Shown: in pieces, positions 1 to 7,672 of the stretch
Layout: every line of letters begins with the position of its first letter
How positions within the stretch are numbered: the first letter of the stretch is position 1
Virus record (IMG/VR): IMGVR_UViG_3300048575_000392
Location: 1 to 64,000 of that record
DNA length: 64,000 nucleotides
DNA from: a virus
Taxonomy: Duplodnaviria; Caudoviricetes
Strand: one strand, 5' to 3'
Program-made: the position numbers and the translations under genes
The notes under the pieces: model-generated
What the model saw: only the letters and a program-made list of their open reading frames with translations
Database searches by the model: none
Told to the model about the DNA's origin: nothing

Positions 1-453
1 TCATATAACAGCGCTCCCGGCCGGCGTGGCCGCGGCCTGAGGCGCGGGCTCCTTCACAACATCACCCGCGACGGTCTCGGCCACCCCCTCGACACCCTCC
101 GCCGTCACCTCACCGCCGGAGGTCTTGGAGGTCAGGAGCCCTATGACGAACTTCACGAGAGCGAGGACAAGCTGTACCAAGAGCTGATAGGCGAGCTCGA
201 CGACAGCCAAGGCGACGAGGCCTATCACGACGCCGGCCGCGAGCTTCAGGAGCGCGGAGGCCGGCACGAAGTAGTCGGCGAAGAAGCCGCCGAAGACCGA
301 GGCGACGCCGACGATGAGGCAGAAAACGCCGGAGAGCACCGGCACGAGCCAGCCCGGCAACTTGGCGTTCTTGGTCAACGCCTTAAACCACTCGAGGGCG
401 CCCGTCGCGGCCAGCGCGACGAGTGCGAGAAGAACGAAGAGCTTCGAGAACAT
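1..453 (-). CDS. Holin-like membrane protein
   Basis: 3-4 hydrophobic helices and an acidic/Ala-rich C-tail; GGAGG RBS before the ATG at 453; directly downstream of the endolysin. Confidence 0.6.
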   Translation of the reverse strand: MFSKLFVLLALVALAATGALEWFKALTKNAKLPGWLVPVLSGVFCLIVGVASVFGGFFADYFVPASALLKLAAGVVIGLVALAVVELAYQLLVQLVLALVKFVIGLLTSKTSGGEVTAEGVEGVAETVAGDVVKEPAPQAAATPAGSAVI

Positions 454-506
454 GATGACCTCCATTGCCCCGCGGGGCGAGGCGGGGTTCTCCCCGCCGT
501 AGATTC

Positions 507-1172
507 CTAGAGAATGAAGTGGACCCACTTCCGGCTCACGGAGCCCTGCTCCTTGGTGATCCGGATGAAGTCCCTGAACGGAACGATCACGTCGTTGCCG
601 CGCTGATCGCGGTAGCCGGTCCTATAGTCGCCGAAGGGGTCGTCTACGATCATGGAGACCATGAGGTCGAGGTTGATGTCGCGGGCGGTCTTCGCCTGGA
701 GGATGTCCTCCTGTGCCGACTCGAAGCCGCAGACGCAGACGACGTGGGAGATTCCCTTCTCCTCCCCCTGGGCGTTCTTGTAGGGCCAGACGCCGGACAT
801 AACGCACGCCTTCTTGGAGATGATCGAGAGGATCACGTCCTGAAGCAGGGAGACCCACGAGAACCGGTTAACCTCGCGACCGATCCAGAGGTTCGTCCCC
901 AGGGCCCGCATCGGCGCGAGCTCGTTCGGAGGGACCCCGTTCTTGAACTCGGTCGGGTAGTCGCGCTGATAGGCTTCCTTGACGCGCGGATCGGTCCTGA
1001 TAAACTCGGTGAGAACGTCCTCCTGCTGCCTGTCTCCGCAGTCCGGGAGCTCAACGCCGGAGTAGAGGAGCGCCATGACCATCGAGGTCGTCGCGCAGGT
1101 TCCCATGGGGTCGATAGCGTTGTTCCGCTGAGTGTGATAGTCCTTCCCCTCGGATATGTTGATTCTGACCAT
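507..1172 (-). CDS. Endolysin, C39/papain-like cysteine peptidase
   Basis: YHTQRNN..GTCATTS (Gln/Cys), SHVVCVCGF (His), IVDDPFG (Asp) pattern; next to the holin; RBS GGAGG before the ATG at 1172. Confidence 0.7.
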   Translation of the reverse strand: MVRINISEGKDYHTQRNNAIDPMGTCATTSMVMALLYSGVELPDCGDRQQEDVLTEFIRTDPRVKEAYQRDYPTEFKNGVPPNELAPMRALGTNLWIGREVNRFSWVSLLQDVILSIISKKACVMSGVWPYKNAQGEEKGISHVVCVCGFESAQEDILQAKTARDINLDLMVSMIVDDPFGDYRTGYRDQRGNDVIVPFRDFIRITKEQGSVSRKWVHFIL

Positions 1173-1192
1173 ATAGCCTCCCTCGGGAAGTC

Positions 1193-1972
1193 CTAGCCGA
1201 TCGTGGCGGACAGGTACTCCTCGAACTCGTTCTCCAATGCCTTGCACTCCGCCTCGGTCTTGAGCGAGACCGCCCGCGCATTCCAGAACAGGTCGGAGAG
1301 GACCTCTCGGATCTCCGGCGTGATGCGCTGGTTCTCCTTGTAGACCCGGCTCCTGTCGATGAGGCGGCCGCGGTACATGTCGTTGAGGGCGTCCGTGGCA
1401 CGCTGCATGATCTCGTCGACCTTGTTGTCGACGTAGGCCCGGAATTCCTGCTCGTCCTTCATCGCATAGTGGTTCTCACGGTACGCGACGCGAATGAAGT
1501 CGCGGAGGTCGTCGTAGATCGCCTTCACGCAGAGTTTGTACGAACGGTAGTCCTCGTGGTCGACGATGTTCCGATCCTCAAGGCGCCCCGCTGCTATCTC
1601 CTCGTCGAGGAGGTGTAGGAAGGCCTTCTGGACCATCCCACGGAGGTCGGCGCCGCGACTCTCTGCATACTTCATCTGTTCGGGCATTACGCCGTCGTGA
1701 AGGTCGTGGACGGCGTTGATCATCTCGGCTTGTTTTTTCAATACCATCACAATGTCTCTTCCGTGGACACATGCGGCGTGGGGGGTCGTTTTCTCGGTAC
1801 CGTCCTTCCCGAGGAACTCGACCCCCTCAGTTGAAACCCTCTTGAATCGCGCTTTCTTGATCAGGTACACAATAGCCAGAACGAAGGCCCAGGTGGCGGA
1901 CACGAACACGACCGCAAACCCGGCGACCTCCCAAATGCTCTTCTTCGCCAGTAGATTCCAGAGCGCTTCCAT
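1193..1972 (-). CDS. Membrane-anchored protein of the lysis module (one N-terminal TM helix)
   Basis: MEALWNLL start with RBS; hydrophobic stretch VAGFAVVFVSATWAFVLAIVYLI followed by a helical soluble domain. Confidence 0.6.
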   Translation of the reverse strand: MEALWNLLAKKSIWEVAGFAVVFVSATWAFVLAIVYLIKKARFKRVSTEGVEFLGKDGTEKTTPHAACVHGRDIVMVLKKQAEMINAVHDLHDGVMPEQMKYAESRGADLRGMVQKAFLHLLDEEIAAGRLEDRNIVDHEDYRSYKLCVKAIYDDLRDFIRVAYRENHYAMKDEQEFRAYVDNKVDEIMQRATDALNDMYRGRLIDRSRVYKENQRITPEIREVLSDLFWNARAVSLKTEAECKALENEFEEYLSATIG

Positions 1973-1998
1973 GCTCCGAACCTCCCCTTGTGAATCGC

Positions 1999-2053
1999 AA
2001 AAAGAAAAGGGCCGCACGCCCCGAAGGGTATGCGGCCCGAGTCTTTCGGCACC
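1999..2053 (-). terminator. Conserved leader plus intrinsic terminator, copy 1 (before the lysis genes)
   Basis: GGTGCCGAAAGACTC-GGGCCGCATAC-CCTTCGGGG-CGTGCGGCCC-TTTTCTTTTT on the minus strand; identical to 26587-26635. Confidence 0.85.
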
Positions 2054-2066
2054 AAAGTATGAATCC

Positions 2067-2096
2067 ACTATAGGCACAAGGAAGAACGCGCGTCAA
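2067..2096 (-). promoter_or_regulatory. sigma70-like promoter upstream of leader/terminator copy 1
   Basis: TTGACG-18 nt-TATAGT; the RT stop codon lies inside the -35 box. Confidence 0.7.
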
Positions 2097-3094
2097 CGTC
2101 TGAATCGCTCGGAGGACGCTTTCAGGCTCTCCCAGAGCATCTTTTCCACGAAGCCGTGCGAGGCCGTTCCTTTCGCATGGCCAACCCATGAACCTATCGA
2201 CTTCAGGAACTTTTCGTCCTTCATCTTCCCTTTCTTCCATGCCCGGCACTTCTTCCTCATCCGGACAAGGCTCGACTTCTTGATGAGCCGGTTTTTCGGG
2301 AAGATGCGATAGCCTACGAACTCAATTCCATCTCTCGTGGCTCCGATCTGCGTCTTCCCGTTCAGCTTGAGCGCGAGCTCCTCACCGAGAAAGTGCTCGA
2401 TTTCCTCCTGGAGCGCGCGCAGCCGCGGCGTCGACGAGTCGAGGATGATGAAGTCGTCCATGTAGCGGAGGTAGTATTTCACGCCAAGCCGAACCTTGAG
2501 ATAAAAATCCAGTTCGTGGAGGTAGACGTTCGCGAAAAGCTGCGACATGAGGTTCCCTATCGGAACACCCGAGCCTTGAGCGCTGTCGAGTATCTTGTCG
2601 ATGATTTCCAGAACGTCCTCGTCGTCGAGATACCTACGAATAATCGTTTTCAGAATTGGGATGTTGATCGACTGGAAGAACTTCGTTACGTCGCACTTGA
2701 GATAGCGGTCAGTTCCCGGCTTCCCGATGAAGTACGAAAGGCGATTCGCGGCCGCCAGAGAGCCCTTGCCCTTTCGGCAGGCGTAGGAGTCCGGAATCAT
2801 CAGGCGTTCAAAGATAGGCTCGACGATCCGCGAGACCGCGTGCTGGACGATTCTGTCACGGAACGGAAGCGCTGAAATCAACCGCTCCTTGGGCTCCCAC
2901 ACCTTAAATTGCCTATAGGGACCGACCTGGTATGTTTTCCAGATTAGTTCGTTCTGGAGCACAATCAGGTTCTCCTCCAGGTTGTACCCAAAGCTGAGAA
3001 CTTGACCACGATACCGCTTTTGTTGTCGCGCCTGAAGATAGGACTGGTACAAATTCTCATAATCATAGACGAGCGGATATAGATTGCCTGACAT
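2093..3094 (-). CDS. DGR reverse transcriptase
   Basis: RT motifs PFRDRIVQHA, YACRKGKG, LKCDVTKFF, GVPIGNLMSQLFAN (SQ form typical of DGR RTs), YLRYMDD; no maturase or endonuclease tail. Confidence 0.96.
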   Translation of the reverse strand: MSGNLYPLVYDYENLYQSYLQARQQKRYRGQVLSFGYNLEENLIVLQNELIWKTYQVGPYRQFKVWEPKERLISALPFRDRIVQHAVSRIVEPIFERLMIPDSYACRKGKGSLAAANRLSYFIGKPGTDRYLKCDVTKFFQSINIPILKTIIRRYLDDEDVLEIIDKILDSAQGSGVPIGNLMSQLFANVYLHELDFYLKVRLGVKYYLRYMDDFIILDSSTPRLRALQEEIEHFLGEELALKLNGKTQIGATRDGIEFVGYRIFPKNRLIKKSSLVRMRKKCRAWKKGKMKDEKFLKSIGSWVGHAKGTASHGFVEKMLWESLKASSERFRR

Positions 3095-3133
3095 GATGCG
3101 AATCCTTTCGCGAGATTTACAAATTGTTTTTAC

Positions 3134-3164
3134 AAAAAAGCGGAGGCCCCCGCGGGGGCTCCGC
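3134..3164 (-). terminator. Intrinsic terminator between the TR-spacer and the RT gene
   Basis: GCGGAGCCCCC-GC-GGGGGCCTCCGC followed by TTTTTT on the minus strand. Confidence 0.7.
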
Positions 3165-3368
3165 CAACGTAGTTCCGCTTCGGAGCCTATCGCATCTCGC
3201 GAAGACGATCGGTTCCTCGACTAGGGGCCTGATCTGACGAATCGACAGGGCTTATCGCCCCCTTCTCTCCCGGCCATGCCGGGCGCCCTCCCGCGCCGCC
3301 TACGGCGTCGCGTTTGGGCCGTCACTGCGCGAGCGGACCGTGATCCTCCGCGACTTATACCCGAATCC

Positions 3369-3475
3369 TCACAGGCCAGGCGGCACCCGATGTTCGTGTT
3401 CACGTTCCACGGATAGTTGTTCAAATTGACGCACCGCGGACCACAGTGCACGCCCTCGTTCCAGCCGCCGCCGGC
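3369..3475 (-). ncRNA. DGR template repeat (TR)
   Basis: 107-bp repeat of 3939-4045, rich in AAC codons; starts just after the avd stop codon. Confidence 0.95.
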
Positions 3476-3480
3476 TTCCA

Positions 3481-3879
3481 TCAGGCTCCCTTGATGAGGC
3501 CGCCTATCATGCGGCCGATCTCGGCCACGCTCTTCGCAGCTGTCTCATAGCTCCGTGGCGCGAGATATTTTCTAGTTCGCGCGTGCCGCAGGAAAAACCT
3601 CATCATCTCGAGCTGCACGTCGACCTCATACCAGCCAGCCCGCTTCGCGGACGATTTGTTGGTCTTGATGATCGTCTTCAGCATCTCATACGATAAGTTC
3701 TTCATCTGCGACACGAGCGCCAGCCTTTCCGATTTGGGGAACCGGTCCAGGATAGGAAACAGCCAATCCACGAAATCCTCGACTTTTTGGAATAGCTTGA
3801 GGGTTTCCACCCCATAGACGGCTTTGTTACTCATCGGCGCCTTCGCGGCGTTGCTATCCCCTTCCTGAACCACCGACAC
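3481..3879 (-). CDS. avd: DGR accessory variability determinant (four-helix bundle)
   Basis: LDRFPKSERLAL and C-terminal EIGRMIGGLIK motif; located between target and TR. Confidence 0.93.
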   Translation of the reverse strand: MSVVQEGDSNAAKAPMSNKAVYGVETLKLFQKVEDFVDWLFPILDRFPKSERLALVSQMKNLSYEMLKTIIKTNKSSAKRAGWYEVDVQLEMMRFFLRHARTRKYLAPRSYETAAKSVAEIGRMIGGLIKGA

Positions 3880-3923
3880 ACCCCACCTCCGGAAAGACAG
3901 ATATTCAGATCACAGAGAACAGG

Positions 3924-3938
3924 CGCGGCTACGCCGCG
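3924..3938 (-). promoter_or_regulatory. DGR target-recognition hairpin/cruciform downstream of VR
   Basis: CGCGGC-GTA-GCCGCG, a 6-bp GC stem with a GNA loop, immediately 3' of the end of TR/VR identity. Confidence 0.7.
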
Positions 3939-5122
3939 TCACAGGCCAGGCGGCACCCGACGAACGTGTACACGTTCCACGGATAGTAGCTCAAATTGAC
4001 GCACCGCGGACCACAGTGCACGCCCTCGTTCCAGCCGCCGCCGGCAATGAGCGCCGATAGACCGATGTTGTTCGGGCCGTAGAGGTCGCCCATGCCTGCG
4101 CCGAGTACATCCTGCCAGCCCCACGAGGTGGAGTCCTGCCGGATCGACATCTCGTCGAGCCAGTCGTAGACGTTGCCCACGCAGTCCACGAGGTTGTAGG
4201 CAGAGATGGCGTAGGGTTTGATACCGGAGGCCGCGTCGTAGGCGCCGGTCGAAGCGTTGACCCTCACCCCCGTGCGCGTGCGCGCGGTATTGGTCGTCTT
4301 CGTCCATCCGTAGTTGTCGGCCGCATCCTCGCCCTCCGGATTCCCGAAGGCGCCCTTGATCCACTCGGCGTAGGAAAGCATCCGCTTCGCGCTCCGGGTA
4401 GCGAGCTCGGCGAAGTTGAACCAGCAGAGGCCTTCCGTTCCGGTGACCGGGAGCTGGCCGTACTTCGACTGGAGCTTCCCCGTCGCCACGTGGAGGCCGT
4501 TCGTGCCTGACATGAACGTAACCGCCTCGGCAGCCGAGGACTGGTAGATATCGACCCAGAGCTGGCCGATCTTCACCATGCCCTCGGGGCTGCACTTCGG
4601 CCGGTTCTTGAGATCCCAGACCGAGTTCGGCACGATGCCCGTGGTGACGTTGTTCTTCCAGATCGTGGAGCCGGAACCGAACTTCGTCCCCTCGGAGTCG
4701 ACGGGAATCCAGAGACCGTCGGAGCTCACCTTGCGAATGTGTCCGTAGTGGAAGCCACCGATCTTGCGCGAGGAATCCGCCGAGTAGCCCGCGGGGAACG
4801 TCGAGTTGAGCGAGAGCTTGATGACGCCGTTCGTTCCGTCGTCGCAAAGATAGACGTAGTAGTCCGTCCCGACGGCGAAGGTTCCCGTGTCGAGGTCCGC
4901 CCCGGAGAGCTCGAGGTCGGCGTCCTTCACCACGAAAATCTTCCAGGCCGAGTTCTTCAGCGTGATGATCGTGTCCTGCTTCAGCAGGAGCTTGTTTTCC
5001 GTGTAGGCGAACGGATTCTTCTTCTCGAGGTAGTTCGCTCCCGGAGCCTTCACGTCGTGGAACTGGGCGATCGAAGCGATCGTCGCATCATCCACGGCAT
5101 CCTTGACTTTGTATACCGCCAT
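3929..5122 (-). CDS. DGR target; Mtd-like receptor-binding protein with a C-type-lectin-fold C-terminus
   Basis: GGFHYG N-domain, DCVGNVYDW and GGGWN..GxR C-terminus carrying the VR; lies after the fibre genes. Confidence 0.9.
   Translation of the reverse strand: MAVYKVKDAVDDATIASIAQFHDVKAPGANYLEKKNPFAYTENKLLLKQDTIITLKNSAWKIFVVKDADLELSGADLDTGTFAVGTDYYVYLCDDGTNGVIKLSLNSTFPAGYSADSSRKIGGFHYGHIRKVSSDGLWIPVDSEGTKFGSGSTIWKNNVTTGIVPNSVWDLKNRPKCSPEGMVKIGQLWVDIYQSSAAEAVTFMSGTNGLHVATGKLQSKYGQLPVTGTEGLCWFNFAELATRSAKRMLSYAEWIKGAFGNPEGEDAADNYGWTKTTNTARTRTGVRVNASTGAYDAASGIKPYAISAYNLVDCVGNVYDWLDEMSIRQDSTSWGWQDVLGAGMGDLYGPNNIGLSALIAGGGWNEGVHCGPRCVNLSYYPWNVYTFVGCRLACDAA
3939..4045 (-). repeat. DGR variable repeat (VR) at the 3' end of the target gene
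   Basis: Codon changes relative to TR: AAC>AGC, AAC>TAC (twice), AAC>TTC, ATC>GTC. Confidence 0.95.
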
Positions 5123-5134
5123 GCTGCCTTCTCC

Positions 5135-5404
5135 TTAAAGGTTCCCAATCATGGACGCGATCTCGTCGTCCGTGAGCCCCGAGAGAACGAAGGCGGAATT
5201 CGGGTCCGTCTTCGCCTCGAAATCGTCCGGCGTCTGCTCCTCCGCCGACTTCTTCACGCCAGCCTTGAGCACGAGCATCGTCTTCGTGGCGTTGAGGGCC
5301 TCTAGGCGGGCCTTGAGCGCCTTGCTTCCGCCGTTGTTGATCGCGTACTGATAGGCGTTCAGCCAATCCTCGCGCGTGTTCATGTTGTCCGGTATTCCTA
5401 CCAT
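5135..5404 (-). CDS. Small fibre/receptor-binding-protein accessory protein
   Basis: 89-aa ORF with RBS between fibre and DGR target; function by position only. Confidence 0.5.
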   Translation of the reverse strand: MVGIPDNMNTREDWLNAYQYAINNGGSKALKARLEALNATKTMLVLKAGVKKSAEEQTPDDFEAKTDPNSAFVLSGLTDDEIASMIGNL

Positions 5405-5405
5405 C

Positions 5406-6563
5406 CTACTCCTCCCTTCTGAAGAAAAAGTCTATTGCGATAGATTCGCTCTCGCCGTACTTGAACGCTCCCCACTTCCTGCTTCCCCATTTCACCGGCG
5501 GCGTGCCATCGATGAGCGAGCCGTCCACCTTGGAGACGTAGTATAGGTAGACGGTCATCGACGAAGTGCTCTTGTCGATCGCGACATGGTGAACGAACCG
5601 CGTGTTCGCCCCCATGAGCTGATGGTAGATCGAGTACACATCGTTGGGGATACCACGGTCAGCGAACACGATCGTTGCCGGAGAGCTCGTGAACGAGGCG
5701 CTGATGTGGTAGGTATCCGCGATAGCCGCGATCAGGTTCGCCAGGGTCTGCATGGCCGCCCGCGAGGAGGTCGCCTTCGCGATCGTGCCGTTCGGGATCG
5801 TAATATCGGTCCCGAGCGGAAGATCGTCGGCATTCACTTGGTTGGTGCCCACCCCGAAGTCGATGTGCGAATCCTTGATCGAGGCGGCATTGTGGTCGCC
5901 GGCCTCGGTGTGGTTCTGCCGGAAGGCGGTCTTCAAGACGGACAGTGCCGACAGCCGGAAGGAGGCCGCCTTGTCGGCGACCCAGCCAGAGGTCTCCTCG
6001 CCGTCATAGGTCGCGGTGCAGTTCGCAATGTTGGCCGTCACGATCTGCGTGGCGCTCGCGGGGACGGTGACCTCTGCGAATTTTACCCATCCCGTGGTCT
6101 TAGCCGGAGGGTTGCCGCTCCCCGCCACGCCTTTCTTGGCATGAACGGTGATCGAGACCTTCTGCTTCGTGTTCACGTCGACGTAGGTGAGCGTCCCCGA
6201 GGCGGGGTCCTTGAAGGCCCGCTGCTGGCTATCGTAGTCAACGTCGGTTTCCTGGATTTCGATAATGTCGATCCGGTCCTGGGTGTCGGCCGCCTCGATG
6301 GCGACCGGTCCGTACACGTCGTCGATCATGACCATCTTCCCGGTCGACCGGTTGAGCGCGAAGAAGGCGTCGATCTGCACGTTCATGGAGGGGCTCGCGA
6401 TTTGACGCACGGTCCCACCGTAGACGAGTACGTCCTTCGTCCCCCCAACAAGCCCCCCCAGGGACGAATTGAGGTTGTCCATGTCTTGGGTCTCGCCGAA
6501 GTTGAAGTCGGCGGTCTTCGCGATCTCGTTATCGGAGTACAGCGCCCTATGGAACTTTTCCAT
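5406..6563 (-). CDS. Tail fibre / baseplate fibre-anchoring protein
   Basis: DRIDII..P motif typical of fibre N-domains; follows the wedge genes. Confidence 0.6.
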   Translation of the reverse strand: MEKFHRALYSDNEIAKTADFNFGETQDMDNLNSSLGGLVGGTKDVLVYGGTVRQIASPSMNVQIDAFFALNRSTGKMVMIDDVYGPVAIEAADTQDRIDIIEIQETDVDYDSQQRAFKDPASGTLTYVDVNTKQKVSITVHAKKGVAGSGNPPAKTTGWVKFAEVTVPASATQIVTANIANCTATYDGEETSGWVADKAASFRLSALSVLKTAFRQNHTEAGDHNAASIKDSHIDFGVGTNQVNADDLPLGTDITIPNGTIAKATSSRAAMQTLANLIAAIADTYHISASFTSSPATIVFADRGIPNDVYSIYHQLMGANTRFVHHVAIDKSTSSMTVYLYYVSKVDGSLIDGTPPVKWGSRKWGAFKYGESESIAIDFFFRREE

Positions 6564-6565
6564 TT

Positions 6566-7672
6566 CTACACTCTCCTGTCTCGCTCTACGAACTCGAATA
6601 GGGCCTTCGTCCCCGAAGGCTTGATCATCTGAAGCATGTTTTCATAAATCTGCGAACTGAAGCCCGAGCGCGCCCCGCCGATAAACGACTGATCCAAGAA
6701 GCTCGCGTTCGTGTAGACCGCACCCGTCACCGGGTCGACCTCTCCGGGGAAGAAGTTCATAAAGGCGCCCGACTGGCCGCTCGAAATGATAAGCATCTTG
6801 AAGACCGGATAGGCATTCTTGAGCCCCACCTCGAGTTTGTCGAGATAGACCGTCGATGCGGCCATGGCAGCGAAGGTGATCCTCACGCTGCCGGCCGCGG
6901 GCAGGACGAAGAATAGCGAGTCCTCCGCGAAGGCCGTCCCCACCCCTCGAGCGTTCACTACCTCTGCCGCGGCCCAGGTTCCCGTCGCTTCGTTCCAGAA
7001 GTAGTTATCCGAGAGGCGCTGGACCTTGATTCCATAGGCCGCGGCGCTCGCCGCCGCCCCTCGAGCGAATAGGTTGACGAAATAGGTCCCTGCCGCGCAG
7101 GTAACGTCTTGCCACGCCGAGTCCCCGGCCGCGGTGAAGCGGAGGGAGTACTTCTTTGAGAGCGATTCCTCGGATACCCGTATGGCCCCTCCGCCAAAGT
7201 TCCACTCACCCGCCAGGTCATCCTCGAAGTCGCCGTTCACGAGGATCGAAGACTCGGCCGCGTTCTCGATCACGAAGATGCTGGAATTCGGAAAGAAGTA
7301 TCTGAACACGTCGATCATGTTCCACTTCGTCCCGAACACCATGTCGTTATTCCGGCTCACCAGGGCGAGAAATCGGTTCCTGTAGTTCGCGTCCTCCTCG
7401 TTGTAGTAGCGGCCGATTCCCGAGAAAAACTCAATGGTCTTGTCCAGAATCTTCCCAGCCTGATTTTTCACATCATCGGTCTTGGTGACGAGCTCAACGT
7501 AGGCCCGGAGATATTCGAGCTCGTTGGCGATCGCTCCAGAGTTGAAGTCGGAGCTACCCGATATCGTTGCCAGCGGGTCGCGATCAGGATCTCCGAAGAG
7601 GGCCATGTAGAATTCGTCCTCCTTGTTCACAAAGGAGGGCATCTTCTCATTGAGCGATTCAATTATTTTCAC
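6566..7672 (-). CDS. Baseplate wedge protein with carbohydrate-binding-like beta domain
   Basis: LDKTIEFFSGIGR..EEDANYRNR (gpI/gp7-like N-terminus), NGDFE beta-sandwich start; follows baseplate J. Confidence 0.6.
   Translation of the reverse strand: MKIIESLNEKMPSFVNKEDEFYMALFGDPDRDPLATISGSSDFNSGAIANELEYLRAYVELVTKTDDVKNQAGKILDKTIEFFSGIGRYYNEEDANYRNRFLALVSRNNDMVFGTKWNMIDVFRYFFPNSSIFVIENAAESSILVNGDFEDDLAGEWNFGGGAIRVSEESLSKKYSLRFTAAGDSAWQDVTCAAGTYFVNLFARGAAASAAAYGIKVQRLSDNYFWNEATGTWAAAEVVNARGVGTAFAEDSLFFVLPAAGSVRITFAAMAASTVYLDKLEVGLKNAYPVFKMLIISSGQSGAFMNFFPGEVDPVTGAVYTNASFLDQSFIGGARSGFSSQIYENMLQMIKPSGTKALFEFVERDRRV

Larger units (their letters stand above)
2093..5122 (-). mobile_element. Diversity-generating retroelement (target/VR - avd - TR - RT)
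   Basis: All four canonical parts in BPP-1-like order; TR/VR pair with 6 mismatches, all at TR adenines. Confidence 0.97.

Noticed and set aside
1973-2077. N-terminal extensions of ORFs 1193-2077 and 25084-26634 (PKDSGRIPFG / ERLGPHTLRG text)
   Set aside because: These are translations through the repeated leader/terminator element; RBS-supported starts are at 1972 and 26562
2093-3094. RT as a group II intron, retron or Abi RT
   Set aside because: Short RT without maturase/endonuclease domains, adjacent to avd and a TR/VR pair, so it is a DGR RT
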